Under the pieces are notes generated by a model, which searched no databases, was not told the DNA's origin, and saw only the letters and a list, made by a program, of their open reading frames with translations. Positions 61,930-64,000 of a stretch of DNA of 64,000 nucleotides are shown here, piece by piece (the first letter of the stretch is position 1; each line of letters opens with the position of its first letter). A program made the position numbers and the translations under genes. The DNA is taken from assembly GCA_964252035.1 (NCBI GenBank), contig OZ176200.1; one strand, 5' to 3'. The stretch comes from Podarcis erhardii. Taxonomy: Eukaryota.

Positions 61930-62180
61930 AAGGTCACATCTGTGGTCCTCCAGATGTCATCAGACTCCAAACTCCTATCAGCCCCAGCCAGTGTAGTCAA
62001 GGGCCAGTAATGGTGGGGGTTGTTCCAACAACAAAAGGAGTGCCACAGATTCCCTTTTCTCTGGCCTACTCTGACTATCATTAGCTCTCCAGGGTCTCAT
62101 GCAGCTATCTTTACCATCACCACTTGAGACCCTTAAGCACAGATCCCTGGGATCGAACCACCCATCTTCTATATGCAATG
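61930..62180. mobile_element. Degenerate hAT MITE followed by a diverged minus-strand tRNA SINE
   Basis: tgtggtcctccagatg…gccacagattccc, then …cctgggatcgaacc (reverse box B). Confidence 0.5.
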
Positions 62181-63777
62181 CATAGTGACGGATGATTTTC
62201 TACCAGCAGTTTTGTACCCTGCACTGCTCAGGAATTCAGGCAAGGAAACCTCAAAATCTGTGCCATTTTGAAAACCGTGGTGAAAACCAGTGCAGTTTTG
62301 AAAAGTTCAGTTCGCCATCTTGATTCAAAATGGTGTCCAGTTGTATCCAAACAAAGAGGAAAACCTGCTTCTTGTTCTCCTTGATCACCTTCTTTAATTT
62401 TCTAGCATTTCTTGAAAGGCAGGTGGCACCTTATTTTACAATCAGCAACCAATTTCCCCCCTTTCTCTTAGCATTTATGGGGAGCAGGGCAAAGATGCAA
62501 AGGTAAAGGTGTCTTAGTAAGACACAGGAATATGAATTGGAACATAGAAGGGTGTTTACTTCTCACTGTTTACAGTGGTACATATATTTATCCAAATGTT
62601 GTGTGGGACATTAAAAAAACTAGGAGCTATAAAAAAGGGGTGTGTGGATTAAATTTGGATGACAAAATCAGTCTGATTTGGAAATAGGACTTGCCAAAAG
62701 CAAAGCAGGTTCCTTCTAAATTGTTGCAAACGGAACTGAGGTATCCAAGGCAATTCATAGTTATTTTGAGATTCAGACTTTAAAATAAATGTGCAGTCAA
62801 TGTAAGTGCAAAAATTGACAATATCATCTCTTCCATTCATTCCTCTCACCTCACCTTCCCCTAGCCTCTCAGAAGTCAAATAACCGCTGCTGGAAAATTC
62901 TACAATAGTGGGACAAAACTGACCATGGAGCCTAGTATTTTTATAATAGGTTCATAAGAGAAAAACTGTATCTATTTATAGAAAACAAAACTAAGAAATT
63001 CTCATTAATAACATTTTCTTTGGCTGCGTCCCAAGGAGAAAGAGTACAGACTCCTTGTATCTTTAAAATATATTTAATCAACACTCACATTGGTAATAAA
63101 CAGATTTGTGATATTGAGCTGACGGTGTTTTAGCAGATGACTCAGTCATTTTAATTTTAGCCTCCAAATGTATATTAGAACCAGGGCTGAATCCAATTCC
63201 TGTGAGAAATGTCATTGGCATTATCAAAACTCCCCATAGTTTCCCCTCAAACGTTCTCTGACATTCACCCTAAGTAGGAATCTCCAAATCAGCCTCACAT
63301 TCTTTTTAGGCAAAATCAATGCTATTGACAACACTAATCAGAAGATGGTGAGCATATGCCTGTGTCTGTCTGTACTATGGATGGGGGAGGAATCTGGTTC
63401 AGTTGACATTTAAAAGTGAATCTACCTCATTCTTACTTTCTAAAACAATACACAAATCAAAACATAGCCATCCTTTTAATTTGCACGTCAAAAATTTGGT
63501 AAAGTATTGTGTTTTTATGTTATGCTTTATGCTCTTAAATTTTTCAGAGTCACTTGGAGGCTCCTTATATGGCAAGAGACTTATCAATTTACATGGTAGT
63601 AGTGGTCGTAATAGTAATGTCCCATTGATTTCACTGCATTTAAGTATGATTAAGATTGGATCGAACCCTATGTGGCCAATAGCTTTTTCAACCCAGCTTG
63701 CCTTAGTGGTGGATGTTGGCACACAAAAGAGAGATTATCTAGGTGGGTACTGTGTGTGTTGGTGTGCTAATGTTGTA

Positions 63778-63935
63778 AAGGTAAGGTAAAGGACCCCTGG
63801 ATGGTTTAGTTCAGTCAAATTTGATTATGGGGTGTGCTTTCAGGCTGAGGGCGCCAGCGTTTGTCTGTAGGCAGCTTTCTGGGTCATATTCAAATCTGCC
63901 AACAGGGTGAGCTCCCATTGCTTTTACCCAGTTTC
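63778..63935 (-). mobile_element. Rearranged Sauria SINE: 3' part on the minus strand plus an inverted 5' part
   Basis: 63778-63887 is the tail and 3' body (minus); 63888-63935 is the box-B region in the opposite orientation; perfect 13-bp TSD tgctaatgttgta (63765-63777, 63936-63948). Confidence 0.82.
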
Positions 63936-64000
63936 TGCTAATGTTGTATGTATGAGGATGAAGGCAAACCAGCCATGTGGAATGCTGTATACTCATTTTC

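Noticed and set aside
1-64000. CRISPR arrays, prokaryotic systems, known miRNA hairpins, endogenous viral ORFs
   Set aside because: Eukaryotic DNA with no spaced direct-repeat array; I recognised no conserved mature miRNA or viral motif by eye, but a database search is needed to exclude them.

Overview
This is vertebrate genomic DNA, almost certainly from a squamate and probably a lacertid lizard, judged by its repeat set: Sauria SINEs, BovB, L2, CR1, Penelope-like elements and hAT and Tc1/mariner MITEs. I recognise no host protein-coding exon. The only credible long ORF is the reverse-transcriptase part of a young, 5'-truncated L2 LINE (46371..48002, minus strand). The window reads like the inside of a very long intron or the 5' region of a large gene that I cannot name. 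That gene is probably neuronal and on the + strand. The support is a near-consensus REST/NRSF site (40411..40431), two candidate 5' exons with strong donors (ending at 28466 and 41961), and a good match to the recursive-splicing signature, with a 3' splice site fused to a 5' splice site (…tttcAG|GTAAGA at 45672/45673) and a second donor 155 nt downstream. The transposon layer has several informative structures, including a SINE with a twin-priming-type inversion, triple nesting inside a CR1, and a MITE that carries an L2 tail. All calls are by eye. Repeat family names come from recalled consensus similarity, not from a database search.
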